This document shows positions 24,781 through 39,428 of a stretch of DNA of 64,000 nt, in pieces. The notes under the pieces are model-generated. The model searched no databases. It was not told the DNA's origin and worked only from the letters and a program-made list of their open reading frames with translations. Position numbers and translations under genes: made by a program. The DNA is from Octopus vulgaris (Eukaryota). Numbering within the stretch: position 1 is the stretch's first letter; every line of letters starts with the position of its first letter. The stretch lies in assembly GCA_951406725.2 (NCBI GenBank), contig OX597821.1, positions 116,312,001-116,376,000 on the forward strand, in the 5' to 3' direction.

Positions 24781-25259
24781 TAATTTTATAATATATATGT
24801 ATGTGTGTGTGAGGAGTTTCGTTATATGTATAAAAATATACCATAAACAAGTATAAAAAAATGGAGAAAAAATGTTGAATCAGAAATAGATTTATTACAA
24901 AACTGAATTCAATGCATATGTACTTTTCGAAAAACAATGCAAATGTGTAAGAAAAAAGATTTAATCTTAGTATCTTAGTAATTATAATTAAATTTATGCA
25001 TTGTCATTGTCATCAGTGTGAGGAATCTCTTGAAGAACATCACTCCTTGTCCTGACATTGTGTGATGGTTGTAAAATGAACATCACAATCATACAAGTCT
25101 CTTGTTTCCAGTCTTCCATGAAAGTATGTTTGGTCTTGGAAAAGTATTACCATGCTTGGAAGCAGAAGAGAATTGGCAATAAGAAGGGTATCTTACTATA
25201 AAAAAATCTACCTCAATGAATTTCAACCATCTAAGACAAAAGGAACCTGAGTGGTTTTT

Positions 25260-25685
25260 CATCATCATCATTGTCATCGTTTAACATCCGTTTTCCATGC
25301 TGGCATGGATTGGACGGTTTGACTGGGGACTAGCAAGCCAGGAGGCTTTACCAGGCTCCAATCTGATCCGACAAGGTTTCTACAGCTGGATACCCTTCTT
25401 AACGCCAACCACTTCGAGAGTGTAGTGGGCGCTTTTTACGTGCCACCAGCATGGGATCCAGTCAAGCTGCACTGGCATTGGCCATGTTCAGATGGTGCTT
25501 TTTACATGCTACCAGCACAGGAGAGGGGCTGGCATCGACAATGTTTGGATGGTGATTTTTATGTGCAACCAGCATGGGGAGCCGGTCAGGCAGCACTGGC
25601 AATGACCCATGCATGAATGGTGCTTATTGCATACCACCAGCACAAGAGCCAGTCAGGTGGCACTGACATCGGCCACAACTACAAT
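25260..25685 (-). mobile_element. RTE-LINE 3' end (family R), four ~60-bp subrepeats
   Basis: Same motifs as 5447-5945. Confidence 0.85.
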
Positions 25686-25759
25686 TTCCATTTGACAGTG
25701 ATTTGATTTTAGATTTTGATTTTGACTTTGATTTTACTGGACTCAGCGTTCTGTATTCT

Positions 25760-26180
25760 ATGCTTGGGAAAGGGTTGTGATGGTCATGGATAGAATGCTT
25801 TTTATCATGAATATGTTTAATCAGAGACGACCTGGTTTACCCAATTCAATGATGGATCCTCTGTATGATTACTCAAAATGCTACAAATAGCAGCCAAATC
25901 ACCATCTAATCACAATCTATGGCTTTTTTAAAAAAAAGACGATAACATTGGACAATGTTATGTCTATTTTTGAACAGTGCTAACAACAACCTACAGTTGA
26001 TTGATCTGTTAAAAAAATAACAGCTAGAACTCAATCAAATCACACACAGCTGTCTTCAAAAGAGAAGGAAGCATTAAGAAGTGTAGTCTCTGATGTAAAA
26101 GAAAGACAAATGGTCATGACTGGAAAGCTTTTATCATAGAGCTACTTAATTAGTGCTGGCATGGAGCTAAACAACAGCCA
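25760..26180 (+). repeat. Family-D retroposon fragments in tandem ((CAA)n tail); other copies at about 37260-37452, 46025-46200, 48982-49240(-), 51030-51260 and 55300-55480
   Basis: Recurrent GATCTGCTAGAAATA.CAGCCAAATCTCCCTCAAATCACAC...GGATGGTCATGGCTGGAATGC.TTTGATCATAG...GGGCTAAACAAC. Confidence 0.7.
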
Positions 26181-29100
26181 AAATATGAATGAAGGATCCT
26201 CTCTGTGAGCTATTTTAAAACTTTCCTCTATCATTTTTCTCCTTCACCTTGATGTCTTTTGCCATTTGCCTCATTACCCCCATGTAAAAATGGTTGGCTT
26301 TTTCATTGTGTTTGGCAGTATTGCAGAGCCAGTAACTTAACTAGCTTTGCTGTATCTGGGCCGGTTCCAGAAGCAAGTAACCAGTACATATACCACCTCT
26401 CCACTCATGAATACACCATGATAGGAAAGACAAGTCAATGTGTTTGCAGTGTCCATGGAACAGCATAGGGTGCCAGATATTGGTTAAGTATACCCATGCA
26501 TATTTGCCTTAGGGTCCCTGATATTCCTGTAGGGTTTTATTCCCTTAACCATCTTTTATACACTCAATAAATGAAAAATAGCCATTAAATAATTGCTATA
26601 CATAAAAGCACATGTCACTGCCAAAATGCCATCTTTAAAAAAGTGTATCTGAGTTAATTGTCTCATAAAGATAAATTGCTTTCCTGAAAACTCAATACTT
26701 TTGCTTCAATAAACCCCCATTTAACATACTAAGTAACAGTATGTATATCTTCTTAATCTTAAATACTAAAAATCAAATTCACATTCATGGTAATGTGTCT
26801 AACTGTCAGTCTAAAACTTTGGTACAATATTATATATATATTTAAAGACTTTTACAAACTCTGTGATAAACTGATAGGTATTTTGTGCACTTAATGCCAT
26901 CACCATTTGTGGCTTACTCCAGAAAGTATTATTGATTACATGTTTTTATTTATTTTTTTCATTAGTCTCCTATTGAAAATGTTTTAAGGAAAAATTCTCA
27001 CATTAATCAATATATCTGCTCCTTTGCATTCTCTAAGTGGACTATGTCTACGCACTAAAATACAAGAAATAATTTATTGTATTTGAGAGTGAGCTTGTGT
27101 CCTTTTGTGGAATCTAAACCTTACTGTCTTACTTTGTTGTATAAAATGGAAATACTAACTGAATTTGTAGCTGTTTATATTTAGTAGCTTAAAGTAGATT
27201 TACATTATTGCTGTATCATTTTTCACTAGTTAAATAATGACAGATAATATTGTCACTCTTAATATGTTATTGTGTGGATTAAAAAAATAATGTTGTTTCA
27301 TCTCTTAATTTCCTGTTATGATATATTAAAAATGAATACTTCAAATAAAAATTTTGCAAATAAATTTTCCCCATGGCATTAAAATGCTGCATTCTATTTT
27401 AGCAATCATTTATTTTTTATACTGCTATTTACTAATTTTCTAGTGTTTTTTTATGTATATTTTTTCATTTTATAATTAAATCAGAAATTATTTATTTATT
27501 TTTGTTATCAGTTTGTAACATAGCATTTGTTGAGCATGTAGAATCAGACCATGCATGATTGACTATTTTTCCCCAAATTTAATCATCTAAAATTTCTTTA
27601 AAATTTTAAACAATCTGCACTTATATTCCGAATAATATCGTTATATTATTCACAAGCTAAATAGTATTAATTTGGATGGAAGCTTCATTTCTCGTCATCC
27701 ATATTTCTATAGCTATTGTTTCATGACACAGTCAGATTATTCTGTCAAATTGTTTCTTTCCAGCTGTTTTTTCTTTTCTTTTATCTGATCCCAAGGTTTG
27801 CTTGTTTTACTTCTGGTCTATTACAACCAACCACAATCAGCTTACAAAAGGTTTTCATTTAGTTCTCTTCCTAAATCTGATCACATATGCATGCCATTAT
27901 ATCTTTTCTATATCTGAAATATAATAAAATATGCAAAATTTACAAAATTGTGTGAGAAGTCTCTTAACAAAAGCCAACAATCTAAAATCTGTCCATGTTA
28001 GCCCTTTCATAAAATGTTATTCTTTTCTCTCTTTTTTAATTTGAAAATGTAGTTAGAACATAAGAATCTGGCTGTTTTATGCGTTTTGTATAGTATGTCC
28101 TGTTTATCATGGTGTTCAACTATCTTGTTTTATTTAAGTTACATTTAGATTACTAATTATTGGATCAGTAAGCTAGTAGAGGCTGTTTTAACCAGACTAT
28201 ACATTTTTTAGATGATTTGTCTGGGACACTGAAATGAAGAGGCTAAAGGCATTCTTTAAAAGTCTCAGTTTTATTATTATTATTATTTTTTGTAGAGTTT
28301 TTTAACCTTTTTTTGCAAAGTGGTTTTACAATTGTGGGACTTTAATTGCTAAACTATTGCATAAACATTTTCTTTTTGTATTTGGTTTGCAAGATTCTTG
28401 ATGTGAACTTATGTATTGAAACAAATTTTGTTCTATCTTGGGAGGGTCATTATGCCAATAATAAACACACTCACTGGTTCTGTTTCACTTTTTTCTATTA
28501 ATGTTAGTCAGTTAATCATTTAACCAATTAACTGATCGATTGTTTGATGAACCATTTAGTCAATCAATCATTTAGCTAAGTTTGTCAAAGCCCTTTTGTC
28601 ATCATTCACAACCTCATCAATGACATGCTCTCTTTACTCCAGGTCTGCTTCGGAAATGTCTGTCTCTTATTGTATTAACAATTTTTTTTATTTCTCACTT
28701 TATTTCAAGTAAGCTTCAACATGTCTTTATCCAAATGTTGTCAAATCATTTTTCTGAATACCTACATTGCTTTCAAGTTCATATTTTCAGCCTTCTATAA
28801 AAACCAGAACAAACCACAAGACATCAATTATTTTATTTGTGGAGAATGACTACAAGCTACGGGCAAACCATTTCTTACTTGACACTTCAAAACAATCATA
28901 CTTAAAAATTGACCATACATATTGGTTTCAAATTTTGGCACATGCCAGCAAATTTGTGGAAGGGTGTAAGTTGATTACATTGACTCCCCAAGGCTCAACT
29001 GGTACTTATTTTATTGGTCCTGAAAGGGTGAAAGACAAAATGGACCTTGGTGGAATTTGAACTCATAATGTAAAGAAGGATGAAATGCCACTAAGCATTT

Positions 29101-29825
29101 TTCCTGGCATGGCAATGATTCTGATGACTTGCTAGCTTTTAAATTGACTATTCATATCAACCTCACTTCCTCTCAAACACTGTTGGTTTCGTAGCTTTAC
29201 AGTTAACTTATTGATACAGCATAGTCATGGCCACCTGAAACATGCATTGTACAGCATTTGTTTGGGACTTAATCCTTTCTTTATGACAAAAGAAGAATAT
29301 CTTTGATCAGTATCCAATCAGGAACTATGTTACAATTCAACAAGCTTTCTACATTCATTATACAACATAAATAACAGTATTTATACACCAATTCAAGCTA
29401 ATAGTCATCATAGTTTTCAGATCTCGGTTGCATCATTATTCATTATATCAACACTGTAGAATATGTCATTATGCACAAACTAACTTTTTTGTTTCTGCAG
29501 TATTGAGTTCTTTCCATGCCTTTTATACACAGGAAGTATGTCCACATAATCCTTTGGTGTTGGTTTGTAGAGATTTGTACTACCCAGACTTGGATTGTGT
29601 AGATTTGGCAAATATTTCTTGAACTAAAATGTTTGTTTAAGCATATAAACCCATAATCCTTTTGATTTCTTCAAATATCTTACTATCAATGATCCTGCAC
29701 TTAAGTACAGATCAAGAATACGTGGAATCTATATCTCACTTCTGTAAACATCACATTTTAACGGATTTTTGCTATGGACAGTAAATTAGTTTTAATCTAC
29801 TTTTGGCTCTTTTTTAATTTTTTGC

Positions 29826-29991
29826 ATAGGTGTAGGAGTGGCTGTGTGGTAAGTAGCTTGCTTATGAACCACATAGTTCTGGGTTCAGTCCCACTGCGTG
29901 GCACCTTGGGCAAGTGTCTTCTACTATAGCCTTGGGCCGACCAAAGCCATGTGAGTGGATTTCGTAGACGGATTCTGAAAGAAGCCCGTCG

Positions 29992-30032
<41 letters not shown>

Positions 30033-30222
30033 TTTGTGTGTCTGTGTTTGTCCCCCCACCATCACTTGACAACTGATGCTGGTGTGTTTATGTCCCTATC
30101 ACTTAGAGGTTCGGCAAAAGAGACCGATAGAATAAGTCCTGGGGTCGATTTGCTCGACTAAAGGTGGTGCTCCAGCATGGCCACAATCACATGACTGAAA
30201 CAAGTAAAAGAGTAAAGAGAGA
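29826..30222 (+). mobile_element. Family-A SINE, full length
   Basis: All family motifs present. Confidence 0.92.
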
Positions 30223-30660
30223 GTATCTTTCAAGGAATTAATAGTGGTTTCAAATTTTGGCACAAGACCAACATTTTCAGGGGAGGAGTTTAACTCGATT
30301 ACATTGATCCCAACTTTAACTGGTACTTATTTTGTCGACCCTGAAAGAATGAAAAGAAAAGTTGAACTTGATGGAATTTGAACCTAGAACATAGAGATGG
30401 ATGAAATACCACTATGCATTTTGTCCAGTGCATCAGCAATTCTGCCAACTGTCTTTTACAAATAATTAATATTTAAACAATAAAAAAATTTTATTGGAGT
30501 GGCTGTGTGGTAAGTAACTTGCTTACCAGCCACATGGTTCCGGGTTCAGTTCCACTGCATGGCACCTTGGGCAAGTGTCTTCTAATACAGCCTTGAGCTG
30601 ACCAAAGCCTTGTGAGTGGACAGAAATTGAAAGGAGCCTGTCATATGTATATATATATAT

Positions 30661-31089
30661 ATAATAATAATAATGAAATTATTGTATACAGTGCTCAGGT
30701 GCACCACAACTTCTCAGAAAGTGCATATAAAGTACATGCAGTAATGTAGAAATGTCTGAAAAGTGAACATGCTTGTGTGTGTATGGAGGGGAGAAAATCA
30801 AGTGTAGTGTTGGCGAATCTCAGGAAGCATGGAAGTCTTGAAGGATGCAGTGCTCCGACAACTAACAACCGATGCCGGCAGTTTGTTCCATGCTTCAGCA
30901 ACTCTCAGCGTGAAAAAATGTTTCCTGAAGTCATGGGAGCTGTGCTGTTTTCTTACTTTGTAAATATGTCCACGGGTGTTAGATGGGTGGAGTTTGAAGA
31001 GGTGCTCAGTGTTATTGTTTGTGCGATGGTTGATAATTTTATGGGTGTCTGCCAAGTCAGCTGCCAGACGTCGGAGTTTCAATGTGTCC

Positions 31090-31090
<1 letters not shown>
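30661..31090 (-). mobile_element. CR1/L2-group LINE 3' end
   Basis: ORF 30798-31157 gives TLKLRRLAADL..THKII...NTRGH.YK....DFRKHFFTLRVAEAWNKLP..VV......FK. Ends in a (TTA)n tail. Confidence 0.88.
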
Positions 31091-31124
<34 letters not shown>

Positions 31125-31145
31125 TGTATATGTTTGAGTGTCTGT

Positions 31146-31638
31146 AATGACATGCATAAGATCTGGTCATCAAATCTAAGTAGAGACTTCAAACTTGAAA
31201 TCTTCAAAGCCACAGTCAAACCAATTCTACTATATGGCTCAGAAACCTGGACGTTATCAAAGAAGCTTGAGAGGCGGTTGGATGGAACCTACACTCACCT
31301 CCTTATGAGAGCTCAAAATCTCTCGTGGAAGCGCCATCCAACCAAAATGCAAATATATGGGAAACTACCACCTGTGTCATCTCTTGTGAAAGGTAGGAGA
31401 GTCCAGTTTGCTGGACATTGTTGTAGAGCTGAAAAAGAAGTAATTTCTACTCTTCTCCTCTGGAAGCCATCTACTCGCAATACCAGAGGGTGCACACTCT
31501 CCTACCCTGATGTAATCTCCAGGGATACAGGCATCCAGCAACAGGACCTCCGTAATGCCATGATGGACCGTGAAGTCTGGCGTAGCATGGTAAATTCCAT
31601 TGTCTCGACCACGGTCGAACAATGATGATGATGATGAT
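31146..31638 (+). mobile_element. RTE-like LINE 3' end, 5'-truncated, open frame, 8-bp TSD
   Basis: KIWSS.LS..FKL.IFKATV.PILLYGSETWTL......RLDG...RRVQFAGHC...LLW.P...M.DR.VWR with a (GAT)n tail. TSD GTGTCTGT at 31138-31145 and 31639-31646. Confidence 0.9.
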
Positions 31639-32624
31639 GTGTCTGTGTTTGTCCCTACACCATTTCTTAACAACCAATGTTGGTGTATTTATTTCCCTGT
31701 AACTTAGTGGTTCAGCAATAGAGACTGATAGAATAAGTACTAAGCTTACAAAGAATGTCCTGGGTTCAATTTGTTCAGTTAAAAGCAGTGCTCCAGCATG
31801 GCTGCAGTCAAATGACTGAAACAAATAATAAAAATAAAAAATAAAACAGTTAATAAAAAATTAATTTGAAATAAAACATTAAAAATAATTCCAAACCCTT
31901 AAAATTTTTCTTGAATTTTTAAAAATAAATTATGTGATGAATATATTTTAGGCAGTGAATTATCATTAAATATTTTTTAAACTGTCATTATATTAGTATC
32001 CCAAATCCCCATATGAACACAGCATGAATTGAAATCAGAGTACAGACATATTGTAAAGTGTGTTATAACCAATGTTCTAACATACACACACATGCTTACA
32101 TACAGATAGAGGGAAAAAGAGAGCAGGAGAGAGATGACTGCGTTGATTTACAGAACATTACATAGGCAGATAGATAGAATGTTGAGATCAATGTAATCAA
32201 CCATGTATGCACATATGTATATGCGTGTGTGTTAATATGTTTATGCTATTATTAATGTTATTAGCAGTGTCGCCTAGCTGTCTCTGTTTGTTTATCCCAC
32301 AAAGGGAGATAACTGATTGTATTGGATTTATTTCCCATGAAGTGTAAGATAATCTTATATCTATAATTGTTTAATAGTTAAACAGTGTTATTGCTATTTA
32401 TGGTATATGATTATTGAAATTACACCAGTAAGATATTTGTTATAATTATATTTTTATTTAAAGTATTTATTTTGAAAATTAGTATTTATTTCATTAGTAT
32501 TAATTTGCCATGAAACTTGAAATCAGTAAAAATATAATTATTGTATCTGTATGATATTACTTGATATCATCTGGAGTAGAGAAATACATAGTCCCAATAT
32601 TTCTCATCATAGTTGATTAAGAAC

Positions 32625-32686
<62 letters not shown>

Positions 32687-32688
<2 letters not shown>

Positions 32689-32841
32689 GCAGGAGTGGGT
32701 GTGTGGTAAGAAGCTTGCTTCCCAACCACATAGTCCTGAGTTTAGTCCCACTGCATGGCATCTTAGGCAAGTGTCTTCTACTATATCCTTGGGCTGACCA
32801 AAGCCTTGTGAGTAGATTTGGTAGACGGAAATTAAAAGAAG

Positions 32842-32919
<78 letters not shown>

Positions 32920-33047
32920 ATATGTGTGTATATGTATATATATATATGGTCGCTTCAACCGTGTTTTCTGACGTGAATTTGCTACCCAGGTTTCGGTTAA
33001 ACGAATTTTCCATGCTGATGATAAACATAGGATAATTCATTCACCTA

Positions 33048-33082
<35 letters not shown>

Positions 33083-33315
33083 ATGTATGTATGTATATAT
33101 GTGTGTTTGTATGTATGGATGTATTTGTGTGTTTGTCCCCCCACCATTGTTTGACAATCAATGTTGGTGTGTTTACATCCCTTTAACTTAGCAGTTTGGC
33201 AATAGAGACCAATAGAATAAGTACTAGGCTTACAAAGAATAAGTCCTGGGGTTGATTTGTTCAACTAAAGGCGGTGCTTCAGCATGGCTGCAGTCAAATG
33301 ACTGAAACAAGTATA
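32687..33315 (+). mobile_element. Family-A SINE with a ~100-bp insert in its TA tract
   Basis: Head at 32687-32848, insert at 32947-33050 and tail at 33125-33315. Confidence 0.88.
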
Positions 33316-33574
33316 AGGCGGCACTGGCAATGTTCGAGCATAGCCATTACTAATGCTGCCTGACTGGATCCCATGCTGGTGGCACATAAAAAGCACCCAC
33401 TACACTCTTGGAGTGGTTGGCGTTAGGAAGGGTATCCAGCTGTTGAAACCTTGTCAGATCAGATTGGAGCCTGGTACAGCCTTCTGGCTTGCCAATCCTC
33501 AGTCAAACCGTCCAACCTATGCCAGCATGGAAAGAGGACGTTAAAAACGATGATGATGATGATGATGATGATGA
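33316..33574 (+). mobile_element. RTE-LINE 3' end (family R)
   Basis: GGCACATAAAAAGCACCCACTACACTC...CAGCATGGAAAG.GGACGTTAA plus (GAT)n. Confidence 0.88.
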
Positions 33575-33730
33575 TATATATCTATTAAATTTGTTTATGG
33601 GAAACAATTTGAATATGCAAATAAAGCTCTTATTCCATTATGTCAGCCACCGGCTAATGGTGCTGATTAGTACAACTTGATCATACGTTATACATACACA
33701 CACACACACACACATACATATATGTGTGTG

Positions 33731-33780
<50 letters not shown>

Positions 33781-36700
33781 TAAATACATATATATATATC
33801 ATTATGTGCATTGACACATGAACACACACACTCATTTACTTACACAGATATGTATTTTCTTAAGCAGATAGTCATATTCACTGATTTGTATAAAATTATA
33901 TTATATATAAATCTATTATTATGGTTTACAAACTTTTCATGGTATTCATTAGTGTCTATTATTCTGGATCTATTCAAACACTGTTGCAAGTTTCTGTTGG
34001 TATTTAAGCTTGTTTTTAATTATTGAATTAATATTTTCTAAGATTTTTCCACTTTTTCTGTAAGTCTTTTTACACTTTGAAAGAAAAGAAAAAAAACCCA
34101 GAAAACTATTGGCTGAAAAATCAATGACAAAAATTAATGAAATGAAATAAAGCAAATGAAAAAAGTAAATCAGTGTGGTTTCAATTCTTGAATAGCATTT
34201 TCTAGAAAAAACAAAGTACAAAAGAGACTTATCTATCTCTGTGTTTTATTAGAAATGTAAGTTTGCTTTACTGGGATTCAAATTCAAAGCAACCTGGTCA
34301 TATAAAATAGTTTAGTTGGGTTCAGTAATATATTTGCAGTTTCATTGATAGCTGCTCTGCAAATTAAAAGTAATAAGATATAAGTTAATGCTATGTGTAT
34401 TTTTCATTTCATTATTCTGTTTGTTAGTTGTGTATTTCAAATTCATTGATTTTTTTTTTGTTTTGTTAATAGTATATCCTAAAATATCATTTTTGTCTAC
34501 TTTTATTCATTTATCAAGCTATCCTGTTATTTGCTACTTGTTGCTAATCAACTTTCTTAAACTTCCCCTTTTGCCTGCTATCAACTATATGACCTCTTAC
34601 CCCGCCCACTATAAACTTTTGTATGTTCTACCTGCCACTGTCAAAACTTGAAAACTTGTATAGCAATGAGTCACCAGCCTAACACTACATTCTAGCACAG
34701 AAGTCCATTTAGTGTACATAATTCTCAGTGACAGCAAGTGGTTTTAAGTCGTAACAAGCTTTCTTTACCTTATATGATTGTATTTAATATTTATCCTATT
34801 CCGGGCATTTTTTCATCCTACTGGAACTTTAAAAGCCGGGGTAAGTTTCATTTAAGTAAAGATTAACTGATTGTTGGTAAGACAAAAGGTGTTTTATTCT
34901 ACAAAATGCAAAGGCACGTTGTTATCTCTTCCCAAATATTTTACAAATACTTCATTATCTCCAAACTTTCAAACAGGTGTTCATGTGAATTTTTATCTAT
35001 ATATGTAACTGTTGTCAGAATAGGCACTAAACAATCTCATACTATTTATAATTATGTATAAATGTTGCTTATTGTGTTAAAAAAAAACCAGAGAAATTAT
35101 CAGGTAAAAGTAAACAATGTTTTATCAGTTGCTTTTATAATATAAATTATTCATAGAAATGTATTTTTAAACTTCAAAAATCATTTAATCAATGATTTCG
35201 TAGGTAAATGCTTTTATGTTTTCACCCAACATTAATGTGGACCCTCATTAAAACTCATAGATTAATTCAATTGTTGTAAGTGTTTAAATTTTCCATTTAT
35301 TTTGTTGGCATTAATATTTAAAACAAAAGAAAATTCATTTTGGTTTATCTCCAGAGAAAACTTAAAGAAGTAAAATACATTTTTGTTTTACATCTGCTTT
35401 ATTTCTTTAGCTTTTGTTTTTTGTGGTGAGAAACATCACAATGTATTGTATTCTTAAACTTCTCAAAGCAATTATATGTCAAAATTTAAGTGACAGGTAA
35501 ACAACTGAATTTATGAATGGACTTAATTTTGTTAATGTGACAAATGAAAAGCATAAAACAATTGATGAGTATTTAGATTGCAGAGTACATATTTTATCAG
35601 AATGTTGTTATGGTTATAAATATCTTCTTCGGCATGACTAGCTGCGTGTGTTTAAATATGTTGCTTAAGCTCTAAGTTATATCATAATCATTAGCATGCA
35701 TGTGATATTGTTCTCACACATCAATATAATTAACAGAGTAATTAGTTATCAATTTTTATAATTTTGGTTGAAATCTGTCAGCTCCCAATGATTATTTTTA
35801 TCTAAAAATTGTCTTGTTTTTCTACAACAAAAATCCATTTTACTGGCCTTAAGAGAAACTCTTCATAAATTTTTACCTCAACTTTTTAGATTTTCCAAAG
35901 GGACTCTATTTTCATATGTTTATCATATATGAAAATATTGATTGCTCAAATGATTGTGCTATACAGCATTTTACTTATCAATACAGTACAGCAACAAAAT
36001 ATTATGTAAAATTTACTCATGTAAGAAATACATCAATCATAATTAATTTCTTACTTCTCTAAATTAATTATGCAATTAAGTGATAATGATGATGGCATAC
36101 ATATTTTTTCTTTTGCTTATCTATTTGCACATTTGATAGAAATCATTTATTGTATTATCCAAACACTTAAAACAACGATTTATCTTATCTAAGATGCTTC
36201 TGATTCATACACTTCTTCAGTCAATTATGATTTGATTTGTAATCTAATGAGAATTGAAACTGACTCCATTTCATGAAAAATAGTAAAATCCAAAAACTTA
36301 TATCGTGTTGTTGCTTATTCTCTAAGAGAAAAAGTTATTATTATTAAGCTTAAATAAAATAATAGAACATATACATTTCCGCAGGAGGTATTGATGTAGA
36401 CTAAATGGAATATTAACTAACTTTGAGGCTCTTATGAGCACAAAAATGTGATTTAAGGCATAATGGTGATTTAATAACAGATCTTTATCGTATACAGATT
36501 GGTTTCAGATAGCTATGCATAATGCATACTGTCTCTTCTACTCAATATACAAGGGTTTTTTTTGTGTCTACATATTAAGATTGCATACCAACAACAAAAA
36601 ATTACAGTCATGCTTCATACTGGAACACCTGGTATAAACATATTTTAGTGACCCAAACAAATTAACATATTTGAAAACAAAGTCTTTCCTTATATTGCAT

Positions 36701-36917
36701 TCTTTCTACACACTTTAAAATGTATCAACTTTGTTATACATTTTAGGTAGAAACAAAGAAAAGATATGTGCTAGGTTTGTTAATTTTATAAAGCTGTCAG
36801 CGAAATGCATTTATAAGTAACTCAAAGGAAAATCCTTTTTAAAATGTTACCTGTTTGTCTGTCTATCTGTTTACCTGTCTGTCTAGCTGTGTATCTGTTT
36901 GTCTATCTATCTATCTA

Positions 36918-36954
<37 letters not shown>

Positions 36955-37874
36955 ATGTATGTGTAGCCATCCATCCATCCAACTTTTTTACCACTATCTT
37001 CATCATCATCATCATCATCATCATTTCATTGTCATGATTTAATTCTCTAGCTCTCTACCACAACTCAGTATTTCTTCTATTACCATCACTTATTTTCTCT
37101 TTTACTCATTTTCTTTTCATACATCAACTAATGTGCTAAATACCTTCATACAGACACATTCAACCTCTCTTTAAAGTCAATATTTGTTCACTGTGTCAAA
37201 TTAAACTTCAGTTATATACAGAAAAATCACATTAATACAGACATCATAAAAAAAAACTCCACCTGGTCATCAAATCTGCTAGAAATAACAACCATATTTT
37301 TCTTAAATCAAATTCTCCCTTCTTTAAATAAGGAACGTATGCATTGAATAAACAAGTCCCAGATATCCCTAAAAAGAGGAGATGGCTATGGCTGGAAAGC
37401 CTTTGATTTAAAGGCTGCTTCAATGGAAAGCTAAACAGCAACAACAACAACAGCTGTCCTTCTCATACTGCAAGAAGGAATATTGTGAATGATAAGGAAA
37501 ACTTCTTGGCATGCAAATGATAAAATATATGATAACTGCAATGAAGAAAAACAAGAAGCTATAGATATTAAATAACCTAACTGTTAACTTGCTGAGATAT
37601 TTCAATTTCACAATATCAAATACAATGGCTTTTTTAAAGCTTCAAGTTTTGTTATTTAGAAACTATTTTCAGTTTTCAATTAGTAAAAGCAAACTAAAAT
37701 AAATTGACTTTTGAAGGATTGCTAAGCATTTCCTCGAAGCTCTGATTTCAAGATAAAATTTCTAGTTTGAGCTCCTCTTAAAATATAGCTTTTTAAATGT
37801 CTTTTACACACACACACACACAAACACGCACACACTGTTATATATATAACAGCATATATATATTTATTTATTAC

Positions 37875-37923
<49 letters not shown>

Positions 37924-38329
37924 TGTGATATATGTATATATATATATATATAGTGTTTTAGCAATTATAGTTTTGTTTTGCAATAGTATATCTATTTACT
38001 ATATCTCGAGAAATAATCAGCTTGATATTCTGAAACTTGAATACAATTTTCTAAGCAAATTCAAATTAAGAGTAAACGTGTATGTGTGTTTCTGCATAGA
38101 TATATAAATATTTATAATTTGCAGAATATAATTTGCTACTTTATGCAGTATCTAATGAAATTAGGAAGTGAGTGTCTCCAAGAATGCTTTTCAGCTGTTT
38201 TGTTTTGTTAAAATTTCTCATAACAATTGCCTGATTAAGAGAAAAAAAAAAGTTTAGTTATTGTAACAAATGAACAATATTAGGAAATCTGCTGTGTGAT
38301 CAATTTAAAACTATGAGTGCAGGCATGAC

Positions 38330-38690
38330 ATAGGCACAGGCCTGGCTGTGTTGTTAAGAGGTTTTCTTCTCAACCACATGGATTTTTGCTTCAATTCCAC
38401 TGCATAGCTCCTTGGGCAAGTGTCTTCTACTATGGCCCCAGGCCAACCAAAGCTTTGTGAGTGGATTTGGTAAACAGAAACTGAAAGAAAACCATCATCA
38501 TCATTTAATGTCCACTTGCCTTTGTGGCATGGGTTGGTCAGTTGGACAGGAGCTGGTAAGCCAGAGAACTGTACTGGGCCCAACTAGCTTTTTACAGCTG
38601 GATGCCCTTCCTAATACCAACCACTTTACAGAGTGGACTGGGTGCATTTTATATGGCACCAGTACCAGTTTGATCACTGAGTAACTTGCA
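38330..38690. mobile_element. Family-A SINE head (+) abutting a family-R tail (-)
   Basis: Head at 38330-38492; the (CAT)n-led tail begins at 38493. Confidence 0.8.
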
Positions 38691-39195
38691 AACATACATA
38701 GGTGTGTGTGTGTGTGTGAGTGAGTTTTTTTTTTTTTTTTGCCATCTTGACATTGTGTGGTAGGTGTAAATGAGTGTCACTTTTACACAAGTTTTGTCAG
38801 TCTTTTCTAATATCCTGTGGAAACATGTCTAACTATGGAAAAGTAGTTCCTCTCTTGGAAATAGGTGAGGGCTGGCAACAGGAAGGGCAACTGGCTGTAG
38901 AAAATCTATTTGTTGACTTCCATCCAATTCATGCAAGCATGGAAAAGTAGACATCTAAGCAATGATGATAGAAGTGAAAGTTTTAAAAGTATCCTTTGAA
39001 GATTCTTGTTGGATATTACATTTCTAGCAAAAGTTTATTTAATTATACTGTGGGAACCTAGAAAGGTCTTCACATTTTTGAGTCAATTACAGCCCCTTTT
39101 ACACTGCAACCTACTGCTAATACACTGGAATAGATTTTACCATACCATCCTGGTGATTTTTCATATTGTAAAGGAATGATAAGTTAAAGTAGTAT

Positions 39196-39428
39196 ATAAC
39201 CCTTTTGATATCAACCCACCCGAAACCACCCCTGGCTCTGTAGTACAAATGTCTTGCTTTTTTCAAAAGTTCTGAATAAAAATCTTCCACCAAACCTTAG
39301 TTACAATTTATGTTATTAACATTGGCTTAATGGTAACTAAGTTATTTTACTAAATTCTTTGTTATTTTAAAAATTAATTGAAAGAAACACAGAGTATATC
39401 ATCAGAAATATGGTAACAAAAAGGTTAA
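39196..39428. mobile_element. piggyBac-like MITE (second family)
   Basis: ATAA|CCCTTTTGATATCA ... TGGTAACAAAAAGG|TTAA gives imperfect TIRs and a TTAA-type target. Confidence 0.65.

Larger units (their letters stand above)
30495..31835 (+). mobile_element. Family-A SINE split by two LINE insertions
   Basis: Head at 30495-30645 and tail at 31639-31835. Confidence 0.85.

Noticed and set aside
29480-29640. Possible minus-strand coding exon (KYLPNLHNP...QKQK)
   Set aside because: Weak acceptor, no homology recognised and no partner exons.
30777-31625. Longest ORF (282 aa) as a host gene
   Set aside because: It is a chance fusion of antisense CR1, a (TATG)n microsatellite and an RTE C-terminus.
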